Shown here one piece after another: positions 49,509-61,299 of a stretch of DNA of 64,000 bases. The stretch spans positions 160,022,001-160,086,000 of the forward strand of contig NC_042999.1 in NCBI RefSeq assembly GCF_006345805.1. The letters are read 5' to 3'. The first letter of the stretch is position 1; every line of letters begins with the position of its first letter. The notes beneath the pieces are model-generated. The model had not been told where the DNA came from. It saw only the letters and a program-made list of their open reading frames with translations, and did no database searches. The position numbers and the translations under genes are program-made. The DNA comes from Octopus sinensis (lineage: Eukaryota).

Positions 49509-50150
49509 TGTCCATAGCGTACATCAAGTACAGCATATGGAGTTTATATCTTACTCTTTTCGGCATATCAAACAAGGACATTTCCTTGAAGGCACCAGGG
49601 TCCTGTCTTTTTTCCTAGTCTTTGTGGCCGCTTGATTCTACATTTTGTTTCCATGCCTGGAATTCTTCTCTAATTGCCCCATAAACTCATCTATGAGAAC
49701 TGGATCATCAGCGTTTAGGACCTTCATGGACAGGACTCCTACCTTCATGCTAAATTCATCACTGAAGTTATTGCCAATTCTCGCTTTAGTTACTCCATTT
49801 TTGTATATAGCTTGTACAACTCTTAGAAGCAATCCATCTCGACCGAGTCGCCTCTATGACCAGCAGATTACTGAACATAGTACCCAGTCGAATATTTCTT
49901 CTGTAGCTGCCCATCTAGGAAGACTGCATTTGTGGTATCTCTTCCAAGTCAAAGCCAAACTGCATCTCATCTAGGTCTACTCCATCATGTATCAATTATG
50001 CTATGATTCTCTCCATAAACTTCATAACCTAGTCTAGTAGTCAGATACCTTTATACTTGTTCTTTCTAAGGCATCGCTTTGCCTTTGTTACAGTTTACAA
50101 TGTCACAGGGTATGACACCTTCCTGTATAACTTAATTTAACTATCTAGAT

Positions 50151-50388
50151 CAGTAGTTTTCTCATCCATTTTTTTACTTATGGACCTCTTTGATTCCTAT
50201 TATACTTGGATGAACCCTCCTAGCCATTCGATGTTAAAAAAAAATCCTATTATATTTTCATAATTAAATATTAGAAATCACATAAGAAAAATTATTAAAA
50301 TATTTTGTGTATTGTGGAAGTATAACCAATTTATTGGAAACAAATTTTAACAACAAAATCTTATACGAACCCTGTTTGAGAACCATTG
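50151..50388. mobile_element. hAT(Charlie)-like MITE
   Basis: CAGTAG...GAGAACCATTG; 8-bp TSD ATCTAGAT/ATATAGAT. Confidence 0.7.
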
Positions 50389-51625
50389 ATATAGATGGTA
50401 ATAATGTATCCTACCTCACCATATATTTTGAACATCTCTGATGGACTCACAGCTTTGCCTCCCTTCATGTCCTTAATCATTTTACTTACCATACTGTTAT
50501 CAACTTGAATTGCTGGTCCCTATGTTGGGACAGCATGAGGTAGCCCCTGTTTATCCCCTGCATTCTCAATGTTCAGCAGTTTCACATAATAAACACTTCC
50601 AAGCCACTTTGTCTTCCACATTTATGATGAGGATGTCTTTGTCATACCAAATCACCTCTGACATTCATGGTACAGGACACATGCAAATCTTTTCCTTTCT
50701 ACCTCACCTTTAACCAAGTACACCAGTCACCTAACTGCCCTTCTAGCCATACAGCATGTACTGTGACGGTTGCCATGCAGCTTGCAAGATTATAAACCCC
50801 AAGGAAGGAAGGGGCATCTTTCTGGTAGGAGAATGAGGAGTAGAGATGGATAAATGTATGGGACAGAAAAGGGCTGAAGTAGAATAGGTTTCTTGCTGTA
50901 GAGGAGCTACATGACTACTTGCATTTTGAAGAGAGGGTGGAGGTGAAAAGCAGTAAAAAAAAAATAGTGGTAATGAGATGTCAGAGTGGCCCCTTGAGGT
51001 GTGAAGTGAATAGGAATGAATGGGACATTCCAAATGCTCCCTATTACCACATTCCTTCCAGGCTTTCCAAACCAGCATCTGAGCCTTTACTGTCCCATCA
51101 ACTTTATCCTTCTACTACCATGTTACTTTTGGTCAGTTCAGTTGGCACTTTGCATCAGTTGCAAGTCTACTCTGTAACCTTTAGCAAGTTATTTTATAGA
51201 AATTCTCACCTTCCTTCTCCATGTTATCTTTTGTTTCTGTGACTGCCTAGGTCTGATCTGAAGTCACCAGCCCCTAACCTATGTTGCATAGTGCACTCTT
51301 CACCAAGAAAGGTTCTTATAATTACCAATAGTCCTTCTATCCCATTTCCTGATGAGAATGTAATCTTTCTGACTTGTATGTTTGCCAGATTGGTAGGTGA
51401 TGAAGTGGCTGGCCAGTATGTTGCTTATGATTAGATTAGTTGCATCCTAGAATTCAAGGAGCCTTACACCCTCTTCATTTTTCAAACCATAACTATAACT
51501 GAAGATAAACAACAGCTTCAAGTAAAAGACAAATATTTAAGTCAGGTCAATCTAGATTTGAACACAAATATTCATCAAATTGTCCATTAATTCAACTAGG
51601 CTGCTGTGGAGCCATACACAAATAT

Positions 51626-51928
51626 CTAAAAGCACCATCCGTTCATGGCCGTTGCCAGTCTTGCCTGGCCCCCTTGCCGGTGGCACATAAAAAGCACCAT
51701 CCGTCCATGGCCGTTTGCCAGCTCCGTCTGGCACCTGTGCGGGTGGCACGTAAAAAGCACCCACTACACTCACGGAGTGGTTGGCATTAGGAAGGGCATC
51801 CAGCCGTAGAAGCACTGCCAGATCAGACTGGGCCTGATGCAGCCTTCTGGCTTCACAGACCCCAGTTGAACCGTCCAACCCATGCTAGCATGGAAAGCGG
51901 ACGCTAAACGATGATGATGATGATGATG
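51626..51928 (+). mobile_element. Family C element
   Basis: Repeat units, core and (GAT)n tail. Confidence 0.85.
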
Positions 51929-52602
51929 AAAATATATACCAGTAAACATAGATCTATCTATAAGATATATGTCAGTAAACATATGGAGTGACAATAATTT
52001 CTTTTTATTAGGCATGAGGCCAGATATTGTAAACAGGGAATAAGAGAGAGTATAAAAAGTCAACATTGATACACCTAATTCTGGATATCATAAACTACTC
52101 TGTTGGCTCTTTACCAATCATAAAATCATCACCAAGGAAGAATTTCTTGCACAGGCATGATTTTTTTTTTCAAGAGGGGAAGGGGGATAGGATGATGTAA
52201 CATTTGTACCTTTCCAAAGAACTTTCAAAGTAGTATCAACTGAAAATGTATTTGACACTATGCCTAATAATATTTTACTGTTAGATACTGATTTTTTTAA
52301 AGATTTTATTCTTAAATTTTTTAATTGAATTTCAGTTTTTTGTATACTTTTCAAGAGACTAATGATTTCCGTGATAGTACATTGTAATTTTAATCAAAAT
52401 ATGTTTACATGTGAAGGCAAAGATATTTTAACAATAGCTACTGTACAAGACATTCTTATGAACTTTTAAAAATGCTTAACAGTTTCATGATAATATTTCT
52501 AATCAAATACACAGTGATTTTATGGGTTTCTATAAATTTTAAAAGTAATCAAGAATTTCATTGTATCAAGCAAAATAATTTTTATGTTAATTCCTATATT
52601 AA

Positions 52603-52820
52603 CCCTATAGCATTTAAGCCAGCAAATAATCCAGCCAAAACAATCTGTTTTATTTTCAAACTAGCCAGATCTGGTTTCTCACACTTACCCTACAATATTA
52701 TTCTAAAAATAAACAATCACATCATTGAAAACTCAAAGCTACAAGGTAATGCATGATTAATTCAAAACAGTGTGAATAAATAAGCATTACCTTTGACAGA
52801 GAAATCTGAATGCTAAAGGG
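52603..52820 (-). mobile_element. piggyBac-like MITE family 2
   Basis: TTAA TSDs; reverse copy. Confidence 0.75.
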
Positions 52821-54293
52821 TTAAGTTGGTATTTATTTTATAACAAAAAATTTCTTGTATAAAATTGTGACAGAAAGTTCAGTCTTAAAATAAAAACTTG
52901 AAAACAGATGCTTGCATCAATGAACCAGAGGTGATCTTTGGCAAGTTGCTTTCAAAAGTTAACTACAACTTAAAACTACTCACTACTTCACTGTTCTGGT
53001 ATCAGCTGAAAGATTTTACAGGCTAGGATGAGCAATGCCTTAGTCAGGCAATGATTTTTTTTTTAAAGAAAATGAACTATTTTAAGACTCCTTACTGTGT
53101 AAATGAACTTTTTAAAAAATTTTATGGACTCATTCTCAATCATACAAGGCCACTTTTTCAGAAAATAAAAAGTAGTTTTTTAAACTATTTAATTTTACAA
53201 ATTATGAGTCAATGCTCTTTAGTATTAGAATATAGAACTAACATTAGACATTTTTCTTCCTTTTTCTTTTTTGTCACCTTTTTATAATAGTGGAAATCTA
53301 TGACTTTGTGGCTGTTAAATATTTCTCATTTGATACATATAATCAAAATAAAATTGTCAGACTTAGTCTGCCGGAAGTTTAAGTCAATGTTTGTCATACA
53401 ACTGATGTTTCAATATATTTCCATTTGAAACATGGATCAATAATGTTAAAGTAAAAAGTAGACTATCACAAAAATGGTACTCTTATCAATATCTTTTTTT
53501 TTTTTCTTTGAATGTGGATATAATCCACATATAACTGCTCTAAGGTTATTTAACTAAATATATCCAATTTCCATTATTATTCTTGAAAAGAAAGAAGCAA
53601 AAAAAATAATATCTCGTCTTATCTAAGGGCTATCTAACTGTGATAACTGCATCCAACAGCAGAGAAAATAATGGAGATAAACGCTGACCTATTTTCCTTT
53701 TCTTAATATATATATATCCACAGTTTCAAAGCTAACAAGATAGATATAGTTATAGAAATATTTTAAACAATGCAATATTAGTGGAACAAGTTCAATTATT
53801 ACAATCAAATTACTGAAAGATAGTGTGCATGCATATGTGCTTAATTCCTTTTACAGACATCTGAGTTTTGTATGTGATCTCATTTTAGAAATACACAAAA
53901 GGGACAGTAGTTATAAAATGAGGTAGGCCCACCCCAAAAGATTTAAATCTAAGTTCCTCTATGTATGCTTGTTATCTCAAGTTACTATATAAAAGTATTC
54001 AAAGCCAGTACAAGCAGCAGGGGTTTATATATAACCTACCAGATATATAAACTACACTTACAGCACAATAAACAGTGCAGTTGTCTCATCACGCATAAAT
54101 TCCATTTATAGATAAAATAGATTGCTAAACTCCTTTTATGGATTGCATGGGTCTCTTAACTAAAATTATCTAAAATCATCCAAGTGAATCATACTTTACA
54201 AATATTTAAAAATTAATTCTAAACAGAACTAGTTTCATTCTGCTCCATGACTAAATTGTACATTACTTAAAAAACATAGCATTTCTTAATTAA

Positions 54294-54515
54294 ACCTTTT
54301 GTTACCATATTTCTGTTGAAATACTCTGTGTTTCTTTCAATCAATTTTAAATATAACAAAGAATTAGTAAAATAATTTAGTTTATCATTAAGCTAGTGTT
54401 AGGAACATAAATTGTGACTAAGGTTTGGTGGAAGATTTTAATTCAGAACTTTTGAAAACAAGACATTTGTACTACAGAACCAGAGGCAGTTTCAGGCGGG
54501 TTGGTATCAAAAGGG
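54294..54515 (+). mobile_element. piggyBac-like MITE family 1
   Basis: TTAA TSDs; homologous to 14581-14802. Confidence 0.8.
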
Positions 54516-54634
54516 TTAATGAAGGTTATGTCTTTCATATTTCTGTCCAAACCAATTCGCCCCAATGGTTGCTGACTTTCTTTACTATGCTCAACTGAAA
54601 CTCATAATAAAATACCTCATCTACATTTGGGACA

Positions 54635-55023
54635 TATATGGATGGAAGCACTCCGTCGGTTACGACGACGAGGGTTCCGGTTGATCCGAATCAAAGGAAC
54701 AGCCTGCTCGTGAAATTAACGTGTAAGTTGCTGAGCACTCCACAGACACGTGTGCCCTTAACATAGTTCTCGGGGATATTCAGCGTGACACAGAGAGTGA
54801 CAAGGCCGGCCCTTTGAAATACAGGTACAACAGAAACAGGAAGTAAGAGTGAGAGAAAGTTGTGGTGAAAGAGTTCAGCAGGGATCGCCACCACTCCCTG
54901 CTGGAGCCTCGTGGAGCTTTAGGTGTTTTCGCTCAATAAACACACAACGCCCGGTCTGGGAATCGAAACCGCGATCCTATGACCGCGAGTCCGCTGCCCT
55001 AACCACTGGGCCATTGCGCCTCC
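54635..55023 (-). mobile_element. SINE family D
   Basis: Reverse copy with 12-bp TSD ACATTTGGGACA. Confidence 0.9.
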
Positions 55024-55446
55024 ACATTTGGGACAACACTGCATCTAAAGAAAACATCAATCCAGCTGACTGCCAAGGACTCACCACTGCTTTTACTACT
55101 GACAATACAATGTACACTGCAATACAGAGTTAGCTAGTTGCATACCAGCTCAACCCATGCTCACCTTTCTTTCTCCTAGGACCAACACTAACCACTTTTC
55201 CCAAACCTTTCTTGCCACCAACCCCCTAGAACTCCCTTCTCACCAACATTTTCTCTACAAGTTTTGACTGTATCAATCTCACCAGTCTCGGAAGATTTGC
55301 AAATATCTTGGGCTCAGTTACTTTATCCCAACCAAAACCATACAAGATGTTGAGAAAACTTCTCCAGAACTCAAAACAACTGAGTCATGATAAACATTTT
55401 GAAACTAAACTTTTTGCATAAATTCAAACTAATTCAACCAGTTTAA

Positions 55447-55666
55447 CCCTTTCGTTACCAACCCGGCTGAAACCGGCTCTGGCTCTCAGTATAAATGTCT
55501 TGTTTTCAAAAGTTCTGAATTAAAATCTTCCCCCAAACCTTAGTCACAATTTATGTTCCTAACACTAGCTTAATGATAACTAAGTTATTTTACTAAATTC
55601 TTTGTTATATTTAAAGTAATTGAAAGAAACACAGAGCATCTCAAAATAAATACAGTAACGAAAGGG
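55447..55666 (-). mobile_element. piggyBac-like MITE family 1 (inverted copy)
   Basis: TTAA|CCCTTTCGTTAC...GTAACGAAAGGG|TTAA. Confidence 0.85.
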
Positions 55667-56752
55667 TTAACCAATAAAACCTCATCTATGACTTTATTTC
55701 ATTGATGATTTTGATTGTACTTAATTTTTTGTATTTTTGGTTTTTTTTACACTTTTTACATACTGCAATTTAAGTAACATTCAATGACTACTAGTTTCAA
55801 CTAGTTGCTAATAGTTGAAAGCAAGCCAAGACCACACACTCTAGCAATAAACAAATTTTCTTCATTTAAATCATTTCACACAAGAACAATGATAGCTGAC
55901 TATTTTACAGAGTAAATCAATAATACACTTCCATGCTAGAGCTTGTACTTTGTTGAATGCTAATTGTATGAAGTAAAATTGTAAAAATAAAAATAGCTCT
56001 TTTATTTAATATGCTTTTCTGAGAATTTTTCTTTTAAATGTGGCTTGTTATCTGATTTTAGCAGTTTTGTTGGATTATGGGACTTTTAGCAGTTTTTGCA
56101 TAACTCAATTCACGCAAACTTACTACCACCAACCCTTTCACCACTGTTTCACCCATCCTCTCTCTCTCAGAGCCCTCTTCCTTCACAACTCACTTCACTA
56201 GACATATATCACAGTGTAAATGAGTATTTTAAAACTAATATATTTAGTAAAAGGATTTCCTTTTTAAAAAGAACTGCACTTAAAGTAACATTAACCACAT
56301 AAAATGACTGTGGGAACTCTGTATGCATCTGGCATCCGGGATATACTGAATATCACTTACATTAGAATTAATACATTTAATGCAGGAATCATTAAAAAGC
56401 TAACTAAAACATTCTCCTTGCTCATGTCTCCTATGCTGACTCCTCTAGAATTTTCTCCCTGCTTATGTCTTACACACAGGAGTTAATTTATAACAGTTCA
56501 AGAACATTAGTATCATCAACGTCACCAGCCACAGAAGGACCAGTGAAGATCATGGTCACTGACCCTTCCTCAAGGCTCAAAAAGTAAAGAAAAAATTATT
56601 ATAGTGGTGAGGAAAAAAATATTAGTGACTTTTTTTCCCCCCTTGCCAAGTAGGGGAGACGTGTTTTGGTCTAATGACCTCATCAATTGAAACATACTTC
56701 AAAATGCTAGTGATTATTACATAAACAAAACACCACCCTGAAACAGTATTTA

Positions 56753-57042
56753 CGGTGGCACGTAAAAAGCACCATCCGATCGTGGCCGTTGCCAGCCTCG
56801 CCTGGTCCCCGTAAAAAGCACCATCCGTCCGTGGTCGTTTGCCAGCTCCGTCTGGCACCTGTGCGGGTGGCACGTAAAAAGCACCCACTACACTCACGGA
56901 GTGGTTGGCGTTAGGAAGGGCATCCAGCCGTAGAAACACTGCCAGATCAGACTGGGCCTGATGCAGCCTTCTGGCTTCCCAGACCCCAGTTGAACCGTCC
57001 AACCCATGCTGGCGTGGAAGGCGGATGATGATGATGATGATG
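56753..57042 (+). mobile_element. Family C element
   Basis: Repeat units, core and (GAT)n tail. Confidence 0.85.
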
Positions 57043-57899
57043 ACAGAATGGTGCATGTGTTATACCATGATTTGAATCCCTGGCATTCTAGACAATAGAC
57101 AATAGTCCCACAACCACAGCTGCATAGCAAAATTACTTAATTCTCCAATGTCAGAGGTGTGAACCAATTTTAGGTTATTAGAACTGTTGGTTTTCTTTGT
57201 GTCTTGTTGATATTTTATTATATTGTTTAAGGCTTTTAACAAAATAGAGATGGTTTTATGCACTGAATAGAAATATAGATGGATAGGATATACATAAAAA
57301 AATAATAGGAACAGCTAAAATAGGGTTTGTACCCTCTCTGAGTTGATCATAGTCATAGAATTCCATCTTGTGATTGCTTTTTCATCTTGTATATCTTCTT
57401 TTTCCACTGTCCTTATTCAAGTTGAGATTCCAATTATGACAAAAATTTTGTACTTCATTAGGCCTAAGATACATATATTGTGGGTGTTAGATTTAATCTA
57501 CCATTAGGTTAGGTATTGGCTACCTTTTAGCAATCTAAACTGTTAGAAACATTTAGAGCAGGTCACCAATCTGTGTTCCTCCTCTGAATAAATCATAAAA
57601 ATATCATAACAAAGATTCTAAAATCAATAATAAGCATTATTCACTAATGAATTCATTATAAATTTACTAAAATCAATTTGTAAAACCCAAACTGCAACAA
57701 GACATACATGTTCATTGAACAGCCATATTTTGACATAAAAATACTGAGAAATAATGATTTAAGTGCAGTTTTTAAAGAGGAGATCATTGATGGCTACTGC
57801 TTAATATATTGGTTATAGAATATTCATCTACGCTGTACTCAAGAAGATAGCCCAACACAACAGAATTGAGACCTTAAAACCAAGGTATCACATAAAAAG

Positions 57900-58086
57900 C
57901 ATCGGTGATGTAACATAAAAAGTACCCAGTACACCATAAAGTGGTTGGTGTTAGGAAGGGTATCCAGCTGTAGATACCAAACCAAAACAGTCTATGGAGC
58001 CTGGTACAAACCCCTAGCCTTGCCAGTACCTGTCAAGCTGTCCAGCCCATACCAACAACGAAAACAGATGTTAAATGTTGATGATT
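57900..58086 (+). mobile_element. Older family C element
   Basis: TTAGGAAGGGTATCCAGCTG core; diverged tail. Confidence 0.65.
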
Positions 58087-58236
58087 GTGTTATATAAAGT
58101 GAAGTGTGGGTTGTAAAGAAGGATGACTGAGAGAGATAATTGGTGAAACATTCGTGAAAGGGATGGCAGTAAGTTTAAGCTAATCAACTGTTTGAGTTTT
58201 GGTTTCATATATATATATATATGAATAAATGAAAGA

Positions 58237-58389
58237 ATGGAGTCGAACGAAGATGTTAACAAAATTCCTTTACTCTCGACATATGTTTCGAAGACAGCAT
58301 GTTTTCATTCCAAAGGAATCAATCTTCTCATCAGGAAAGAAAGGGAGCCTCTCTCGACAACAAGACAAACAAAAATTTCGATGATTGCC

Positions 58390-58392
<3 letters not shown>
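58237..58392 (-). mobile_element. Penelope-like element pseudo-LTR remnant carrying the hammerhead
   Basis: Hammerhead-containing segment between (TA)n tracts; partial repeat of TGTCGAGAG upstream (58351-58359). Confidence 0.5.
58266..58345 (-). ncRNA. Minimal type I hammerhead ribozyme (Penelope-like-element type), intact catalytic core
   Basis: Minus strand reads CUUUC-CUGAUGA-GAAGA...UCUUC-GAA-ACAUAUGU-C-GAGAG: stem I (CUUUC/GAGAG), canonical core CUGAUGA (58334-58328), stem II, GAAA, palindromic stem III, GUC cleavage triplet (cut between 58278 and 58277). Confidence 0.8.
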
Positions 58393-58430
<38 letters not shown>

Positions 58431-58720
58431 CAGCTCACTCACAAGTTTGATTTGGCAGCATGTACCAGGCTTTCACTAATTATCTTAGGTACCTATATAG
58501 TCATAGACACTCTCTTGGCCTTGCAATCACAAACCCAATATACTAACCACTGGAAGTACCAAGTTTGTACGATTGTTGGTGTAGCAAAGTGGAATTGTTT
58601 AGAGAATGTATGATCTACCTGAAAAACAATAGTTAATTCAGTATTAACTATTTAAGTTACCTTGTATTTAATATGCTAACTAGAAATAATTATGTTAGGA
58701 TAAAGGAAGTTTAATCAAAC

Positions 58721-59125
58721 AGGAGTGGCTGTGTGGTAAGTAGCTTGTTTACCAACCACATGGTTCCGGGTTCAGTCCCACTGCATGGCACCTTGGGCAA
58801 ATGTCTTCTACTATAGCCTCGGGCCGACCAAAGCCTTGTGAGTGGATTTAGTAGACGGAAACTGAAAGAAGCCTGTCGTATATATGTATATATATATATA
58901 TGTGTGTGTATGTTTGTGTGTCTGTGTTTGTCCCCCTAGCATTGCTTGACAACCGATGCTGGTGTGTTTATGTCCCCGTTACTTAGCGGTTCGGCAAAAG
59001 AGACCGATAGAATAAGTACTGGGCTTACAAAGAATAAGTCCCGGGGTCGAGTTGCTCGACTAAAGGCGGTGCTCCAGCATGGCCGCAGTCAAATGACTGA
59101 AACAAGTAAAAGAGTAAAAGAGAAA
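58721..59125 (+). mobile_element. SINE family A
   Basis: Full-length copy. Confidence 0.9.
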
Positions 59126-59589
59126 AGAGTATTGTTTTCAATTTTTCAGTAAGCCTGTTATAAGACATTGCTGTAAATATTTCTTTGCAATGTGTAACTG
59201 TATGAGGTGGAGAGTCAGAGCTAAGATATTTTTCATCAATTTTATTTATCAACAATTGGATGCAATGGAGTACAGTGGATTCCGTTTCATTTCCCTGTTT
59301 TCTGAACTAGGTTAGCTATATAGGTTTAGTAAGTCAGATGATTTTAACCACTCTTTAAGGCCCTTACTTCAAGTATAGTGCCATGTGATTAGTCATCACT
59401 AATCGTGCCAAGAGACTTCAGGATTAAAATATTTGTAAAATATTCTAAACTACAAATAAGTGCCACTACTAGAGATACATAACTGATAAGTATCTTTTAG
59501 TTGTTGTTAGCCTTGATTGAGCAAACTTATGACTAAACAGTACTCAAGATATGAAAATGTCTTTTTTATATATCAGGAACTACACTGTA

Positions 59590-60014
59590 GGGATCTTTTC
59601 GGTTTGAACGGCAGTTTCTTCTAGCGGTGTCATATGAAATTGTCACCCATAATTATGACCTCAGTATCAATCTATTGCATTTCAATCTGTGTTAGGGTTA
59701 GTTAGGGTTAGAGGTGGAGGGAAGGGTATCTTTTTTTCTTCACAAATGTAAATAAACCCAATCTGTTTCTTAAACGAGGGACATATTCATACGGCACAGA
59801 ATGTTTTTTACCTCATTAGACGTCAGTGATTGGTTGAAATTGCAGAAATTGAAGAAAAAAAAAACAACAAATATCTTACAAACTATAGAATTTTCTCAAT
59901 AAAGCCAAGAGAAAAAGATGTTTTATAAACACATTCTACCAGTATACGAAGTTTAAAATTTTTCAGTTACCTAGAAATTATGTTAAAAACTGCCGTTCAA
60001 ACCGAAAAGATCCC
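59590..60014. mobile_element. MITE with 28-bp TIRs
   Basis: GGGATCTTTTCGGTTTGAACGGCAGTTT and its exact reverse complement; internal GTTAGG repeats. Confidence 0.8.
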
Positions 60015-60857
60015 ACTTTAATTTACTGATATTCTCTTCGTAAGGCAATAATATGAAATGAAGGCAATGTAACTACTATTTCTAGCAGGTTGTGCAACCG
60101 TGCAGAGGTTCCCTCATTGGGTTTTCCCATGAAGCAGCTCTTTTTCTCAATTTAACTTGCTTCCCAGCAAACTGCTGTGACCCAGTTTTCACTCGTGGTT
60201 GTAGTAGCTATTTCATACACATTACTAAGGCTCTAAGGAGAAGTATGATCATCATAATTTCCTGTTTCCCCTTCTAACATATCTGAACCCTTGTGCCTAT
60301 ATGTAAGAAATCAATATCATATTGTTCTAAAGATAACATCTTAGGAAAACTCACATGCCTGCAAAATTGTTTTAGAAGGATAATATTGCATATATATATA
60401 TATATATGCTTTTGGATAGGTTGATATTGTTTAGTTGATCATTCTGACTCAACAGGAACCATGACTAACACTGTCAGGAAAGAGAAATTCTTCCCAAGTT
60501 GAATAATCAATAACTCAGATAACCAATACATGACTGTTCAATAAGTCATTCACACATGATGTTCTTTACCCGTGCTGACTATATAACTACATATTAGTAT
60601 TTTTATTTAACTTAATGCAACTACAAAGTAAATGTGGACCTTAAATATAATATATACTTGTGCATACATGTGTACACTTGCATTTGATGATGAGTAACTT
60701 CAAAAATAATGTGGAGAAAAATAACTTAATTTTTTTACTATTCCTCAAAAGATGCATTAACAAACCACGCTGCAGTGCTTTGGTTATGTACATTGCAGAG
60801 ATCACATGTTCTTTAAATAAGCCATGTTATATTTTAATACTTATATATATATATATA

Positions 60858-61023
60858 ATATTGTTATATTTCGGAATGGTCATTTTGCCAGTTTAGTCAA
60901 TAAAAACACATGCACTATATATTTGGTGTTATTTTGCTTCAGTGTTATTTATTTTTTACATTAATCTTAATCTTATTTTATTGGCTAAACTGGCAAAATG
61001 ACCATTCCGAAATATAACAATAT
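60858..61023. repeat. Short palindromic MITE-like element (~48-bp arms)
   Basis: ATATTGTTATATTTCGGAATGGTCATTTTGCCAGTTTAG(T/C)CAATAAAA and inverse. Confidence 0.8.
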
Positions 61024-61299
61024 CTGTTTCAACACACGACTTCACATAAAAAATCTTGCACAACAAATATTTAAACGTATATATATATATATAATACATG
61101 GAGTGTAAAGAAGTTTGAACATGCAACCTATATGCTACAAGTTTGGAATTCTAATTTCTCAGCTAATGCTAATCTTTATGCAATATTAATCAAATTGAAA
61201 TTGATCCCAGTTTTTTGGGGGTTTTTTCCTTTACTACAAAATGGTGAGCTCTTTAAGTGTTATTAATTCTTCTTCTCTCGTCAATACATATTTGACTCT

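Larger units (their letters stand above)
47383..51480 (-). mobile_element. Decayed RTE-clade LINE with nested SINE, Helitron, hAT MITE and an internal templated insertion
   Basis: Minus-strand remnants ITYQSGKHTSQKDYILIRK (endonuclease end), WKAWKECG, NADDPVLI (RT), ERRLCWYGHV..KGRP (C-terminus); purine-rich 3'UTR and (GAT)n-type tail. Confidence 0.8.

Noticed and set aside
47519-51028. LTR retrotransposon with 280-bp LTRs
   Set aside because: The interior is RTE LINE, the repeat is RTE 3'UTR sequence, and copy 2 interrupts the RTE ORF.
53610-53695. Cluster of four GATA motifs as an enhancer
   Set aside because: Expected by chance in AT-rich DNA without conservation data.
56364-56402. 39-nt candidate minus-strand exon before a GTAAGT donor
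   Set aside because: No homology and phase incompatible with the other candidate exons; likely chance.
1345-59255. Recurring ORFs such as MLGGQTQ..., MTTDAGV..., MDGSTGV..., MFIERKH...
   Set aside because: Shadow frames of SINE families A, C and D, not genes.
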